Source of the DNA: Salinispira sp.
Lineage (GTDB): Bacteria > Spirochaetota > Spirochaetia > DSM-27196 > Salinispiraceae
DNA length: 64,000 bases
Reading direction: 5' to 3'
Assembly (NCBI GenBank): GCA_965226555.1
Contig: CBDDDG010000021.1
Span: 64,001 to 128,000, forward strand
The translations under genes and the position numbers were made by a program. Positions 38,970 to 49,883 of the stretch are shown here, piece after piece; position 1 is the stretch's first letter; each line of letters starts with the position of its first letter. The notes beneath the pieces are model-generated. The model was not told where the DNA came from and did no database searches. It saw only the letters and a program-made list of their open reading frames with translations.

Positions 38970-41489
38970 ATGATGTTTAATATTAACCCACTACGAAAGT
39001 TATGGGAGAGAGTTCCTGTTTTTGTTGTAATGAACGTAATTCTCACTGCCTTACTCGTTGGATGTCCGAACCCGGTTCCGATAGGCGGCACTCGCAGCCT
39101 GACACCTGTCATCAATCCTGCCGCGCCGGCAGCTCCCATCCTCAATGTGGGAAACGGTGAACTGTCCGTGGAATGGACAGCCCCCGATGACGGCGGCAGC
39201 GCCATTACCGAATACCATGTGCAACACAAAATAAGCACCGCAGACTGGCCAACGGACAACTCAACAGACACCAACACTATTAACGACGGGACTGCCGTAA
39301 ACCACGTTATTACCGGGCTGGCAAACGCTCAAAGCTACGATGTGCGGGTGCGTGCCGTTAACAAGGCGGGCACGGGTAACTGGTCGCCGCCCGCCACCGA
39401 AACGCCTGATGGTACCCTTCCCACCGCTCCGACTACTTTCATGCTTGAAGTGGGAGAAAATGAGATACTTACCGCAACATGGAAAGCGCCGACCAACCTT
39501 GGCGCCAGTGGAAACATTGACAGGTATGAGGTGCAATATCGCAAAACCGAAGCGCCTGCAGGCGAGTGGTCAAATCCCGTTCCCATCGATCTGAATGCCG
39601 ACCCACCCTACACCTACCGCATCACCGGACTGACAAACGGTACCATGTACACGGTGCAGGTATATGCTGTCAGCAAAATAACCGCTCTTTACCCGGAATA
39701 GCGCAACGGTAACTCAGCGATTGACACCGCAACCCCCGTTACCACACCCAGCGCGCCGACAGCCCTCACGATCAGCCCCGGAAACACCCAGCTGAGTGCC
39801 TCATGGAGCGCGCCGACCGACACTGGCGGCAGCGCCATTACCCTGTATGAGCTGCAATACCGCACAGGCAGCGGAGCATGGACGGAAATAAGATCCGGCA
39901 TCGGCACAAGCACACAGCACACCATCGCCGGCCTGACAAACGGCACCGAGTACGAAGTACAGGCGCGCGCCGTCAACGCGCAGGGCAATGGCTCATGGTC
40001 GGCATCGGAAACCGTAACCCCTGCCGCCGTACCTTCCGCGCCAGCCATACCAACGCTCACAGCAGGAAACACCCAGCTTGGCGTAGCATGGGCTGCGCCG
40101 ACCGACAACGGCGGCAGCGCCATTACCCGGTATGAGCTGCAATACCGCGAAGCCGGAGCAAGCACCTGGGAACCTGCCATTGCCGCCGGCGATGCCAGCA
40201 TCCTTACTTATACCATTACCGGCCTGACAAACGGTAACACTTACGAAGTACAGGTGCGCGCAAAGAACGCGCAGGGCAATAGCTTCTGGTCGACAATCGC
40301 AACAGCAATGCTGCCTATTATTGCAACGCGGATTCCCGCCGGAACGGCAATGCTCGCCATTCTTTCGGATGATATTGATGCCCGTATTGCCGCTGAGAAC
40401 CTAACCGTTTCTCTTGCCGCGGTGGAACCAGGCACACTCATGGTTAATGGATTGGGAGACATTACGGCGGTTAACCCCGCGCCTGCGCCCGGTGGGGTCA
40501 CCATTCCGACTGTTGATGCGGGTACTGGCATTATTACCGTTACCGCAGGTACAACGGCCGGAACATATGTAGTATATGGCCGTGGAACCGGAAATGTACT
40601 ACGGTTTGCCGAGTATTTCTCTGTTACCGTGAGTCCTCAAGATAACGCTGAACTGAAAACAGCGGTAACTGCGGGAATAACAACCTGGGGACAAACTGCC
40701 AATCTTAACTACATTATCACCACAGCAGTAAGAAATATGTCCGCGATTTTCGAGGATGCAAGCACCTTCACTGGCGATATTTCTGGTTGGGATGTCAGCG
40801 CGGTAACAGATATGAGTAGTATGTTCAGGAGCGCAAGAGCATTCAATGGCGATATCTCCGGTTGGGATGTCAGCGCGGTAACGAATATGGGGAAGATGTT
40901 CGGAGACGCAGACACCTTCGCTGGCGATATCTCTGGTTGGGATGTCAGCGCGGTAACAAATATGGTTGAGATGTTCATGAGCGCATGGGCATTCACTGGC
41001 GATATTTCTGGTTGGGATGTCAGCGCGGTAACGAATATGCGCGCTATGTTCTATAACGCACTTAAATTCAATGGTGATATCTCCGGCTGGGATGTCAGCG
41101 CGGTAACGGATATGAGTAGTATGTTCAGGAGCGCATGGGCATTCACTGGTAATATCTCCGGCTGGGATGTTAGTTCGGTAATGGATATGTCAGAAATGTT
41201 CGGGAGCTCAGTATTCAATGGCGATATCTCGGGCTGGGATGTTAGTTCGGTAACGGATATGTCAGGAATGTTCAATTATGCACGTGTATTCAATGGCAAT
41301 ATCTCGGGCTGGGATGTCAGCGCGGTAACGAATATGGGGGAGATGTTCAGGAGAGCATGGGCATTCAGTCAAAATCTTGAGGAGTGGAAAGATCATTGGA
41401 CGCTTGATGCTAATGGCAAATATACCGGAAACAAAACAAATATGTTTACGAGTTCCGGCGTAACAGGTAATCTGGTGCCATCATGGTAA
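38970..41489 (+). pseudogene. Fn3 (4 domains) + BspA/DUF285 surface lipoprotein with one in-frame TAG at 39699-39701
   Basis: LVGC lipobox. The frame stays open after the TAG through two more Fn3 domains into ORF 40254-41489 (same frame), which has about 8 GDISGWDVS repeats. Confidence 0.85.
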
Positions 41490-41708
41490 CTATGTTTTTG
41501 AAAAGAATTTTGCAAAATGTGTGAATTTTTTTCGGGGAGTCGGGATGGGAGGGCTCGGGAATGCGGTAGGTGGGCAGGAAGGATGGACTTTCAAATGTTT
41601 ATTTCCCACTTTTACAAAACTTTGTAGTAGACATACGGATGAATGTATGGTAGTATATGATAAAGCTACATAGAATTCGAAATACACAAAATTTTCGATA
41701 TTCAAAGG

Positions 41709-43526
41709 ATGATGTATATGATTCTCAGATTGATACTTACCGTAATTGTTGCAGCGCTGGTACTCAGCGGATGCCCAATTCCGGATGCTCCCCCTACCAT
41801 GTTTGCGCCAGCCCTTATAGCAGGAGACGGACAGCTTACAGCCTCATGGGCTGAGCTCGCCGCTATATGGAATGAAGTAAACAAAAAGGATGGGCAAAAT
41901 GTTATTACCTCGTACAACCTGCGATATGGTGAATTTGGTAGTGAGAACTGGACGGAAATTAACACCGGTATTACCGGCGCAAGCCATACCATTACCGACC
42001 TGACAAACGGCCTCAGCTATGCTGTGCAGGTGCGCGCCGTCAACGCGGGAGGCACTGGCGGCTGGTCGGCATCTGCCGCGGCAACACCTACTGCGTTCCT
42101 TGCCATATCCGCGCCGTTATTAACGGTGGAAAACGGTACAATTACGGCTTCGTGGAACGCGCTTAACGGACACAACGTTACTGCCTACCACCTCCGCTAT
42201 AGTGAAAAAGACAGCGGAAGCTGGACGGAGATTACCAAGGGTATAACCGCCACAAGCTACCCCATTGTCGGACTGACAAACGGTACCAGCTATGATGTGC
42301 AGGTGCGCGCCGTCAACGCGCAGGGCACTGGCGGCTGGTCGCCATCGTCCACGGCAACTCTTGTTACTGCCCCTGCCGCGCCGGGTACAATGGCTGCCCC
42401 CACCTTTGAAGCGGGCACTGGGTTGCTCATTGCCACATGGACTGCGCCGGAAAATGATGGCGGCAGCCCCATTACCGGGTATGAATTGCAATATCGCACA
42501 GATGACACGGAGCCATGGACGCGCATTAGCTCCGGCATTGCCTGCGAAAACAGCGAGGAGCAGGCAGAAGTCTGTCATTTTTCCTTCTCATTTAATCCTT
42601 CTTACACAGGCCACACCATCACGGGCATGACAGACAGCGCTTTATACCAAATGCAGGTACGCGCCGTCAACGCGCAAGGCGTGAGCGAATGGTCTGGCTC
42701 CACAATGCTGCCGTTTGCAACGCAGCTTCCCGCGGGCTCGCCAGCGTCCGTACCTTTGTCGGCTGATAGTAGTAATACCCTCATTGCCAATGAGGATATC
42801 ACCGTTTCTTTGACCACCGTGGAACCGGATACTCTCACGGTCGATAATTCAGGAGACATTACGGCGGTCACTCCCGAAACGACGCCCGGAGGTGTTACCA
42901 TTCCGACTGTCGATTCGAGTAGCGGACTTATTACGGTTACGGTTAGCGCAAGTACAACGGCAGGAACATATGTGGTATATGGTACTGGAACCGGAGATAC
43001 CCTCCTGTTTGCCGAATATTTCTTTGTTACTGAGAGTCCTACTACTAACGCTGAACTGAAAACAGCGGTAACTGAGGGAATATCAACCTGGGGAAATACT
43101 GCCAACCTCAACTACATTGTTACCGCGGCAGTAACGGATATGTCCTTTATATTCTCTAACAGCCCATTCGCTGGTAATATCTCCGGCTGGGATGTCAGTT
43201 CGGTTACGAATATGGAAAATATGTTCTGGGTCGTAGCCACATTCAATAGTGATATCTCTGGATGGGATGTCAGTTCGGTAACGAATATGACCGGTATGTT
43301 CAATACAGCAGGCACATTCAATAACGATATCTCGGGCTGGAATGTCAGCTCGGTAACGCATATGAACGCTATGTTCAATTATGCAACCGCATTCACTCAA
43401 AATCTTGAGGAGTGGAAGGAGCATTGGACGCTCAATGCCGCTGGCAAATATACCGGAAACAAAACAAATATGTTTAATAATTCCGGCGTGAACACCGCGA
43501 ATGGGAATGTGCCGACATGGTTTTAG
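41709..43526 (+). CDS. Fn3 (3 domains) + BspA/DUF285 surface lipoprotein
   Basis: LSGC lipobox; VQVRAVNA Fn3 motifs; ISGWDVSSVTNM repeats. Confidence 0.88.
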   Translation: MMYMILRLILTVIVAALVLSGCPIPDAPPTMFAPALIAGDGQLTASWAELAAIWNEVNKKDGQNVITSYNLRYGEFGSENWTEINTGITGASHTITDLTNGLSYAVQVRAVNAGGTGGWSASAAATPTAFLAISAPLLTVENGTITASWNALNGHNVTAYHLRYSEKDSGSWTEITKGITATSYPIVGLTNGTSYDVQVRAVNAQGTGGWSPSSTATLVTAPAAPGTMAAPTFEAGTGLLIATWTAPENDGGSPITGYELQYRTDDTEPWTRISSGIACENSEEQAEVCHFSFSFNPSYTGHTITGMTDSALYQMQVRAVNAQGVSEWSGSTMLPFATQLPAGSPASVPLSADSSNTLIANEDITVSLTTVEPDTLTVDNSGDITAVTPETTPGGVTIPTVDSSSGLITVTVSASTTAGTYVVYGTGTGDTLLFAEYFFVTESPTTNAELKTAVTEGISTWGNTANLNYIVTAAVTDMSFIFSNSPFAGNISGWDVSSVTNMENMFWVVATFNSDISGWDVSSVTNMTGMFNTAGTFNNDISGWNVSSVTHMNAMFNYATAFTQNLEEWKEHWTLNAAGKYTGNKTNMFNNSGVNTANGNVPTWF

Positions 43527-44009
43527 TTTCATAACCAGTAGTAGCAATTAACGAGTTGCAATTCAACTCAGGCAGGCATGGGGCGCCGACCAGCCCCGTG
43601 CCTGCCTTTTTTCGATAAGACGGCTGATCGGCGCTGCTCGCCCGGGCATGCGACTGTTGCTGAGACGGGGCTGGTCGGAGGCTGCGCCTCCTGCTCGCCA
43701 TGTGTCTGTTGCTGGGATTGGGAGATGGACGGATGCTTGCGTCCGGCTCGCCCAAGCATCCTGCTCACCATGCGTCCAGATCAGGTCAATATCCCAAAAT
43801 AATAGAAACTTTTTGAAAAACCTTCTCATGTTGTCATATACCATTCATATGTACCCGTCTATATGGTATGAACAAAAAGTATATCGACACAGAGCATACC
43901 AGCCCCCATTCCCGACTCCCCGAAAAAAATTCACACATTTTGCAAAATTTTTTCCAAAAACATAGGTAAAAATGACATTTCTCCCGTTATAGATGTAAGA
44001 GGAATGTGT

Positions 44010-44981
44010 ATGAAAAAATCATCCCAGAGCAAAGTCCATATCCACGACATAGCCTTCAAGATCGCCTACTACAGAACCCCCCGTATGATTCCTGACCTGC
44101 TACGGCTGTTCTGTGAGGATACGACGCTTGCCAAGCTGGACATGGACAAAATCCGCATTGAAACCCCCAGCTACATTGCAGGAAAAAAGAACCTTCTCTG
44201 CGATCTCGTTGTCAGCGCCCCCTTCCTGTCAGACCCCGACCGGAAGGCTCTATTCATTATTGAACATAAAAGCTACCAGCATAAACATGTTCTCACTCAA
44301 ATCGATGACTATCAGTATGCCCTCAGAAACAGCAATGTGTACAATGAAAGGGATGCTATCTATATACTTCTGTTCTACCATGGAAAAAAGAAATGGAACC
44401 TCCCACTCACATTTTACAGTTCACATGAAAAGACACCCCACGAATCCGCGGTGGATGTCAGGGTGAGAGTGTCGTACATTGTGCGCGATCTGGGGCGAAT
44501 GAAAAAGGAACAGTTGGCATGGCGTTACGATGGAAAACGATATACATCAACTGCGTTGTGGTATATAATGCGAGACAATGAAATGGATGTTGAGGGGCTG
44601 AAGGAGATTGCGCAGCTCCTGAACGGTTTGTCTTCACAAGACTTTACTGATCTAGCAGAGAGTGTGCTAGGCTATATCAAAGATCTAGATCCAAAACTGT
44701 ATGAACAGTTTGAGAAAATTGACAGGGAACTGTTCCCTGAAGGAGAAAACAGTATGCGGACATATAACATTACCAACGCCTTCGTCAGGGAAGGTATTGC
44801 GAAGGGCCGGCAGGAAGGATTGCAGACAGGGCGGCAGGAAGGACTGCGAACAGGTCGTGAAGAAGGCATTCGAGAAACGGCCCGCAGTATGTTTTTGGAA
44901 GGGTTGTCGACCGAGGCTGTTCAGAGGATTACCGGGCTGAGCGATGAGGAAATGCGGACATTGCGAAACGGGTCGCATTAA
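44010..44981 (+). CDS. Rpn family recombination-promoting nuclease / PD-(D/E)XK putative transposase
   Basis: HDIAFK, CDLVV, IEHKS, FYHG..W and C-terminal GRQEG repeats plus ITGLS. Confidence 0.88.
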   Translation: MKKSSQSKVHIHDIAFKIAYYRTPRMIPDLLRLFCEDTTLAKLDMDKIRIETPSYIAGKKNLLCDLVVSAPFLSDPDRKALFIIEHKSYQHKHVLTQIDDYQYALRNSNVYNERDAIYILLFYHGKKKWNLPLTFYSSHEKTPHESAVDVRVRVSYIVRDLGRMKKEQLAWRYDGKRYTSTALWYIMRDNEMDVEGLKEIAQLLNGLSSQDFTDLAESVLGYIKDLDPKLYEQFEKIDRELFPEGENSMRTYNITNAFVREGIAKGRQEGLQTGRQEGLRTGREEGIRETARSMFLEGLSTEAVQRITGLSDEEMRTLRNGSH

Positions 44982-45511
44982 TTATTGCCGCTCGGCCTGG
45001 TCGGCTGCTCGCCATGCGACTGTTGCTGAGACGGTGGGCTGGTCGGCGTTGCACGTTGGCTCGCCATGCCTCCGGCTCGCCCCGCGCCGGGGTCAGGTCA
45101 AACAGTAATATCTTAAAATAATAGAAACTTTTGCAAAACGTTCTCATATTCACCGTTCATATTTTACCCGTCTATATGGTATGAGCAAAAAATATATCGG
45201 TATGGTACACGCTGGAAATATGCTTTCGAAAATCCTCAGATATTCCGGGACTTCATATATTTATATTTCAATACGGACCTCGCGCTGAGCATTGTTCCCG
45301 GGAGCATATCGACACAGAGCATACCAGCCCTCCCATTCCCGACTCCCTGAAAAAAATTCACAACATTCTTTCAAAATTCTTTCAAATTCTTTTCAAAAAC
45401 ATAGTTAAAAATGACTTTTTACCCGTTATAGATATAGAAGGGAGAATTCACCATGGGACCATGTCGCCATGGGAGCTCCCCTATTCAGAAAGAAACGTTC
45501 AGGAGGATTAT

Positions 45512-46516
45512 ATGATCGATTTCAAAGAAAAACCCGCCCCCGTTCCCTACGACCAAGGCTACCGCTCTCTGCTGTTCCAACCCGCAATAATGCTCCAATT
45601 TCTGCAACGCTTTGTCGGAGGCTCATGGACGAAAAAACTGCGCCGTGAAGATATAACCATTGAAAACGGTACCTTTTTCATTGACCATGCGAAAACACGG
45701 ATGGCCGACATTGTCTGCAAAATCAGAAGTCGGGATCACACGGGAGATGTTGCTATCTATGTGCTCCTTGAGCATCAATCTGGAGTGGACAAAGACATGC
45801 CCCTCCGCATGTCGGAGTACACGAATCTGCTCTATCGGAACATTCACCGCTCCGGCGCAATTCCCGATGACTGCGAGTTGATATTTCTTCCCATTGTGTT
45901 CTATAATGGAACGAGAAAATGGAAGGTGCCCGGGAATGTCAGAGAGCAACGGAAGCGGAAATTCCCGCAGTATCTTGCCCCCTTTCCTTACGATCTGATA
46001 AGTGAGAACGATTATTCTGCGGAGCAGCTGCAGCAGCGGGGAAGAATGTTTGCGGCTGTTATGTACCTTGATCTGTACTCGAAAAATCTGCTGAATACGG
46101 ATTGGGACATTCAGAAGGTGGAGAAAGCGATAGCAGAAATGCTGAATGAGGAATCGCTGGATCTGATAAAGGAATTTATCGGCGTGGTAGATTCGATGTT
46201 CGGAATTGTTATAGACTTTGACACGTTAATGAATCAATTAGAAAGAACAAAAGAACCGAGAGGTAAGGAGGTAGCGAAAATGTTCAGAATGAATGCGGAA
46301 ACATTCAGAGCGCACATTGCGGAAATGGGTCGGCAGGAAGGACTTCAGACAGGTCGACAGGAAGGATTGCAGACAGGATTGCAGACAGGTCGTGAAGAAG
46401 GCATTCGAGAAACGGCCCGCAGTATGTTTTCCAAAGGATTTTCAGCCCATGACATTCAGGATGTTACCGGGCTGAGCGATGAGGAAATGCGGACATTGCG
46501 GAACGGATCGCATTAA
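45512..46516 (+). CDS. Rpn family nuclease (divergent paralogue)
   Basis: YDQGYR, ADIV, LLEHQS, MPLRM.EY, PIVFYNG and GRQEG repeats; RBS AGGAGG. Confidence 0.9.
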   Translation: MIDFKEKPAPVPYDQGYRSLLFQPAIMLQFLQRFVGGSWTKKLRREDITIENGTFFIDHAKTRMADIVCKIRSRDHTGDVAIYVLLEHQSGVDKDMPLRMSEYTNLLYRNIHRSGAIPDDCELIFLPIVFYNGTRKWKVPGNVREQRKRKFPQYLAPFPYDLISENDYSAEQLQQRGRMFAAVMYLDLYSKNLLNTDWDIQKVEKAIAEMLNEESLDLIKEFIGVVDSMFGIVIDFDTLMNQLERTKEPRGKEVAKMFRMNAETFRAHIAEMGRQEGLQTGRQEGLQTGLQTGREEGIRETARSMFSKGFSAHDIQDVTGLSDEEMRTLRNGSH

Positions 46517-47025
46517 TTATCGCCGCTCGGCCTGCGCGCAGAGCGGATAATATCAACATCCGGATCAACCTCACATACCAGTTCCTTCAGAGAAGGATGA
46601 ATCCCCCCCGCTCAATTTTCAGCAGTGCCGTACTCAGGCAAATGTTTCTACAAAATGCGAGAATGCTAAGCACAGAAAAAGCATTCCTGACGGACGCATG
46701 GGCGAGCAGGAGGCGCAGCCTCCGACCAGCCCTCGGAAACTTTTACAAAAAGGGTACGATAGGAATGTTTTTCTACTGAAAGTTTGGGATACACTGTATC
46801 GAAATAGACGAAAAGCCGATTATAAGAAAGAAAACGTTAGGCATGTGGATTTAGAATTTCCGATGAATACCTACAATTTGTTTTTGATCTATCAGAAAAA
46901 ATGCGGAGAAACTCAGTATATAATGTCCTTTTTGTATGCGATAGCAACATTCCGCGCCGTGTTTCTGTGCCTCGCGTACAAATCCTGCTGCCGGATAGAC
47001 ATTGCTTGATGTTCCGATCCTGCCT

Positions 47026-49005
47026 TCAATCCCGATCTGGAATTCTGCCGATACTGAAAATGTTCGGAATTGCGCGGATTTTCTTCATAACGCGGGTAAT
47101 GTCTTCATTTTTATCCAGTTCCACCGTAAAACTCCCTTCAAGGTTCTGATGTGCTGAACTCTCGCTGTGTTCAACCCGCCCATCAATGAGATGCCCCTGA
47201 GTTTTTCGAATTGCGCCTTCAATTTCACTGAAAAGATCACTGGTGTTGCGCGCGGTAACTCTGAAGCGGTACATTGTTTTCGGGCTGAATGTTTCCCATT
47301 CAACTTCAATACTGCGTTCCTCAAGATCTTTCAGGTTCAGAAAGTTATTACAGTCCTTCCGATGAATGAGAATTCCCCTTCCCCGGGAAATGTAGCCTGC
47401 AATATCATCGCCGGCTTTCGGATCACAGCAATGCGCGAAATGAATGAGCACATTATCCTCCTTCTCAACCCGAATTCCGACCCTGTCGGTTTTCAGAAGC
47501 TGTATGTGCTCATGCTTTTTCTTCTGCGGCGGAGGATTTTTGTACCGCGCGACAATGTTCTGTTCAATAAACACATGTTCATCGTGCTTGTTTATCCATG
47601 CGCGGATCTTACTTCTCGCCCCGCTGGTTTTCACGATACGGAGCCAGTTAAGCCGCGGATGCGCCTTTGGGTGGGTAATTATTTCAACAACCTGGGTATT
47701 TTCCAGAGGTTTTCGGAGCGGGATAATTAAGCCGTCCGCTTTGGCGCCGGAGGTGCGGTTTCCAATTTCAGTATGGATATGGTAGGCAAAGTCGAGCGCG
47801 GTTGCTCCGCGGGGAAGTTGTATAATATCACCCTTGGGAGTGAATACGTAGATGGAATCTTCAAGAATTTCCCGCTTTATCTCGTTGAGAAAATTCGGCC
47901 CCTTAATGCTGTCCAGACCCTTAATGTGATGCATGAAGATCAGATCATCATGTCCGATTTTTTTGTTCCGGGTAAATTCCTTATATTTCCAATGAGCCGC
48001 AATACCATACTGGGCTGTTTGATCCATGTCCTTCGTCCGTATCTGCACCTCCAAAAGCTGACCATTATAGCCCATGATGATTGTGTGGAGGCTCTGATAT
48101 CGATTTGCCTTCGGCATGGCGATATAGTCCTTGAACCTGCCTTCAATGGGCATCCAGAGCCGATGAACAAGTCCGAGCATCACATAACAGTCGGGAATGC
48201 TGCCGCAAATTATGCGTACTCCGAGGATGTCATATATCTCCTCAAGTTTTTTCCCCCGCTGCGCCATCTTGCTGTAGATTGAGTAAAAATGCTTGGTACG
48301 GGTTATTGTACTCGTTGCAATGTTTTCTGTTTCTGCGGCCTTTGTAATTTCGGAAGTAATCTTACTCAGATATTCCTTGCGATCAATTTCCTTCTTGTTC
48401 ACATATTTTTTCAGCCGATTATATATAGTCGGATGCAGGTGCTTGAGGCAGAGATCTTCCAGTTCATATTTCATCCAGCTGATGCCGAGTCGGTCTGCAA
48501 GGGGAGCGTAAATCTCTAGGCATTCCTGAGCTATGGACTGTATTCGTTCAGGTTTTTTGAATTCGAGGGTTCGCATGTTATGAAGCTTGTCTGCAAGTTT
48601 TATGAGAATTACACGGATATCTTTAACCGTGGCGAAAAGCATTTTCCGTATGGTTTCGGCCTGAATGGCAGTTCTATTTTTTGAACGTACCATATCAATT
48701 TTTGTAACACCTTCCACCAGTGAAAATACACTTTTACCGAATTCTTCAATGAGGCTTTCCCTGCTGTACTCAGTATCCTCAAGGCTGTCATGCAGAAGTC
48801 CGGCAATGATGGTATGCGGATCGAGCCGCATGGTCACGAGAATTTCACTGACTTGGAGGGGGTGAACAAAATAGGGATCGCCTGAAGCTCTGAGCTGACC
48901 TTCATGAATTTTCCTACTTCGTTCAGCGGCCTGAATAATGAGGGTAATGTCCTGAGTGTCGTAGGAATGTAACATATTTCTGAATTCATCAATGGTATGT
49001 ATCAT
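47026..49005 (-). CDS. relA: Bifunctional (p)ppGpp synthetase/hydrolase (RelA/SpoT family)
   Basis: LLHD, IKLADKLHNMRT, RFKDYI..PK.N.YQSLHT, TGS and ACT domains. Confidence 0.95.
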   Translation of the reverse strand: MIHTIDEFRNMLHSYDTQDITLIIQAAERSRKIHEGQLRASGDPYFVHPLQVSEILVTMRLDPHTIIAGLLHDSLEDTEYSRESLIEEFGKSVFSLVEGVTKIDMVRSKNRTAIQAETIRKMLFATVKDIRVILIKLADKLHNMRTLEFKKPERIQSIAQECLEIYAPLADRLGISWMKYELEDLCLKHLHPTIYNRLKKYVNKKEIDRKEYLSKITSEITKAAETENIATSTITRTKHFYSIYSKMAQRGKKLEEIYDILGVRIICGSIPDCYVMLGLVHRLWMPIEGRFKDYIAMPKANRYQSLHTIIMGYNGQLLEVQIRTKDMDQTAQYGIAAHWKYKEFTRNKKIGHDDLIFMHHIKGLDSIKGPNFLNEIKREILEDSIYVFTPKGDIIQLPRGATALDFAYHIHTEIGNRTSGAKADGLIIPLRKPLENTQVVEIITHPKAHPRLNWLRIVKTSGARSKIRAWINKHDEHVFIEQNIVARYKNPPPQKKKHEHIQLLKTDRVGIRVEKEDNVLIHFAHCCDPKAGDDIAGYISRGRGILIHRKDCNNFLNLKDLEERSIEVEWETFSPKTMYRFRVTARNTSDLFSEIEGAIRKTQGHLIDGRVEHSESSAHQNLEGSFTVELDKNEDITRVMKKIRAIPNIFSIGRIPDRD

Positions 49006-49883
49006 AATTCTGACATTCTCCCGCGAATAACACGTCTCATTCCCGCAAGATCCTCCCTACATTCTATATCGGTAAAATCCTCTTCTTTAAATATACATAT
49101 AATACGCTCAATCTGCGAATCGGCTGCTTCAATGTAGAGTAAACCTTCAGGAAGGAGCCGACCCGCTGCCTGCCCAATAAGTTTTCGTATAATCGCAAGC
49201 CCGTCTTTTCCGCCGTTCAGGGCACGCGCAGGTTCCAGCCACCCCTGCTGCATCCGTTCTGCCGTTTCAGCATCGGTCAAATAGGGCGGGTTCGCAGTGA
49301 TGATGTGATACTTCAGGTTTTGCAGATTGTTTGGGTGCGCGCTATGGGGTTGCGGGGTTTCAAGGATATTCTGTTGATGCCAGCGGATGGATTCGCTGCC
49401 GAGACAGTTACGGCAGTTGCGGAGAAATATGTCCCTGCTTTCAATGCTGATATCGGAGGCGCTCACAGGCCATGAAGGGCGTTCATGCTTGAGAGCAATG
49501 GCAATGGCGCCGCTTCCGGTACAGCAATCGTGAAGGCTGAGTGCTTCATGTGCATGGCTTTTGAGAACCCATTCCACAAGGGTTTCGCTGTCGGGTCGGG
49601 GAATAAGCACACGGGAATCTACCTGGAAATTCAAACCGTAAAATTCCTTTTCTCCGGTAATGTAGGCAATAGGTTCACCGGAAGCCCGCCGCGCAATGAG
49701 CGCATCGTAGCGCGTAACCGCCGGCGGTTCAGGACAGGATGTGAAAAGGGTGTAGAGAACTTCTTTTTCCACTCCGAGGGTATGGCAGAGAAGGAGCACG
49801 GCGTCAAGAAAGGGTGTTTCTGAATTGCTCAGAAGAGTCTTGCGGGTATTGATGAGCTTCTGAATGCTTACAGGAATGCTCAC
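49002..49883 (-). CDS. prmC: Release factor glutamine methyltransferase
   Basis: [22 protein letters not shown] and NPPY; follows prfA. Confidence 0.95.
   Translation of the reverse strand: MSIPVSIQKLINTRKTLLSNSETPFLDAVLLLCHTLGVEKEVLYTLFTSCPEPPAVTRYDALIARRASGEPIAYITGEKEFYGLNFQVDSRVLIPRPDSETLVEWVLKSHAHEALSLHDCCTGSGAIAIALKHERPSWPVSASDISIESRDIFLRNCRNCLGSESIRWHQQNILETPQPHSAHPNNLQNLKYHIITANPPYLTDAETAERMQQGWLEPARALNGGKDGLAIIRKLIGQAAGRLLPEGLLYIEAADSQIERIICIFKEEDFTDIECREDLAGMRRVIRGRMSEL

Noticed and set aside
39699..39701. Stop-codon recoding or pyrrolysine at the in-frame TAG
   Set aside because: TAG ends intact genes here (for example 43526), RF1 is present, and no pyl genes are visible.
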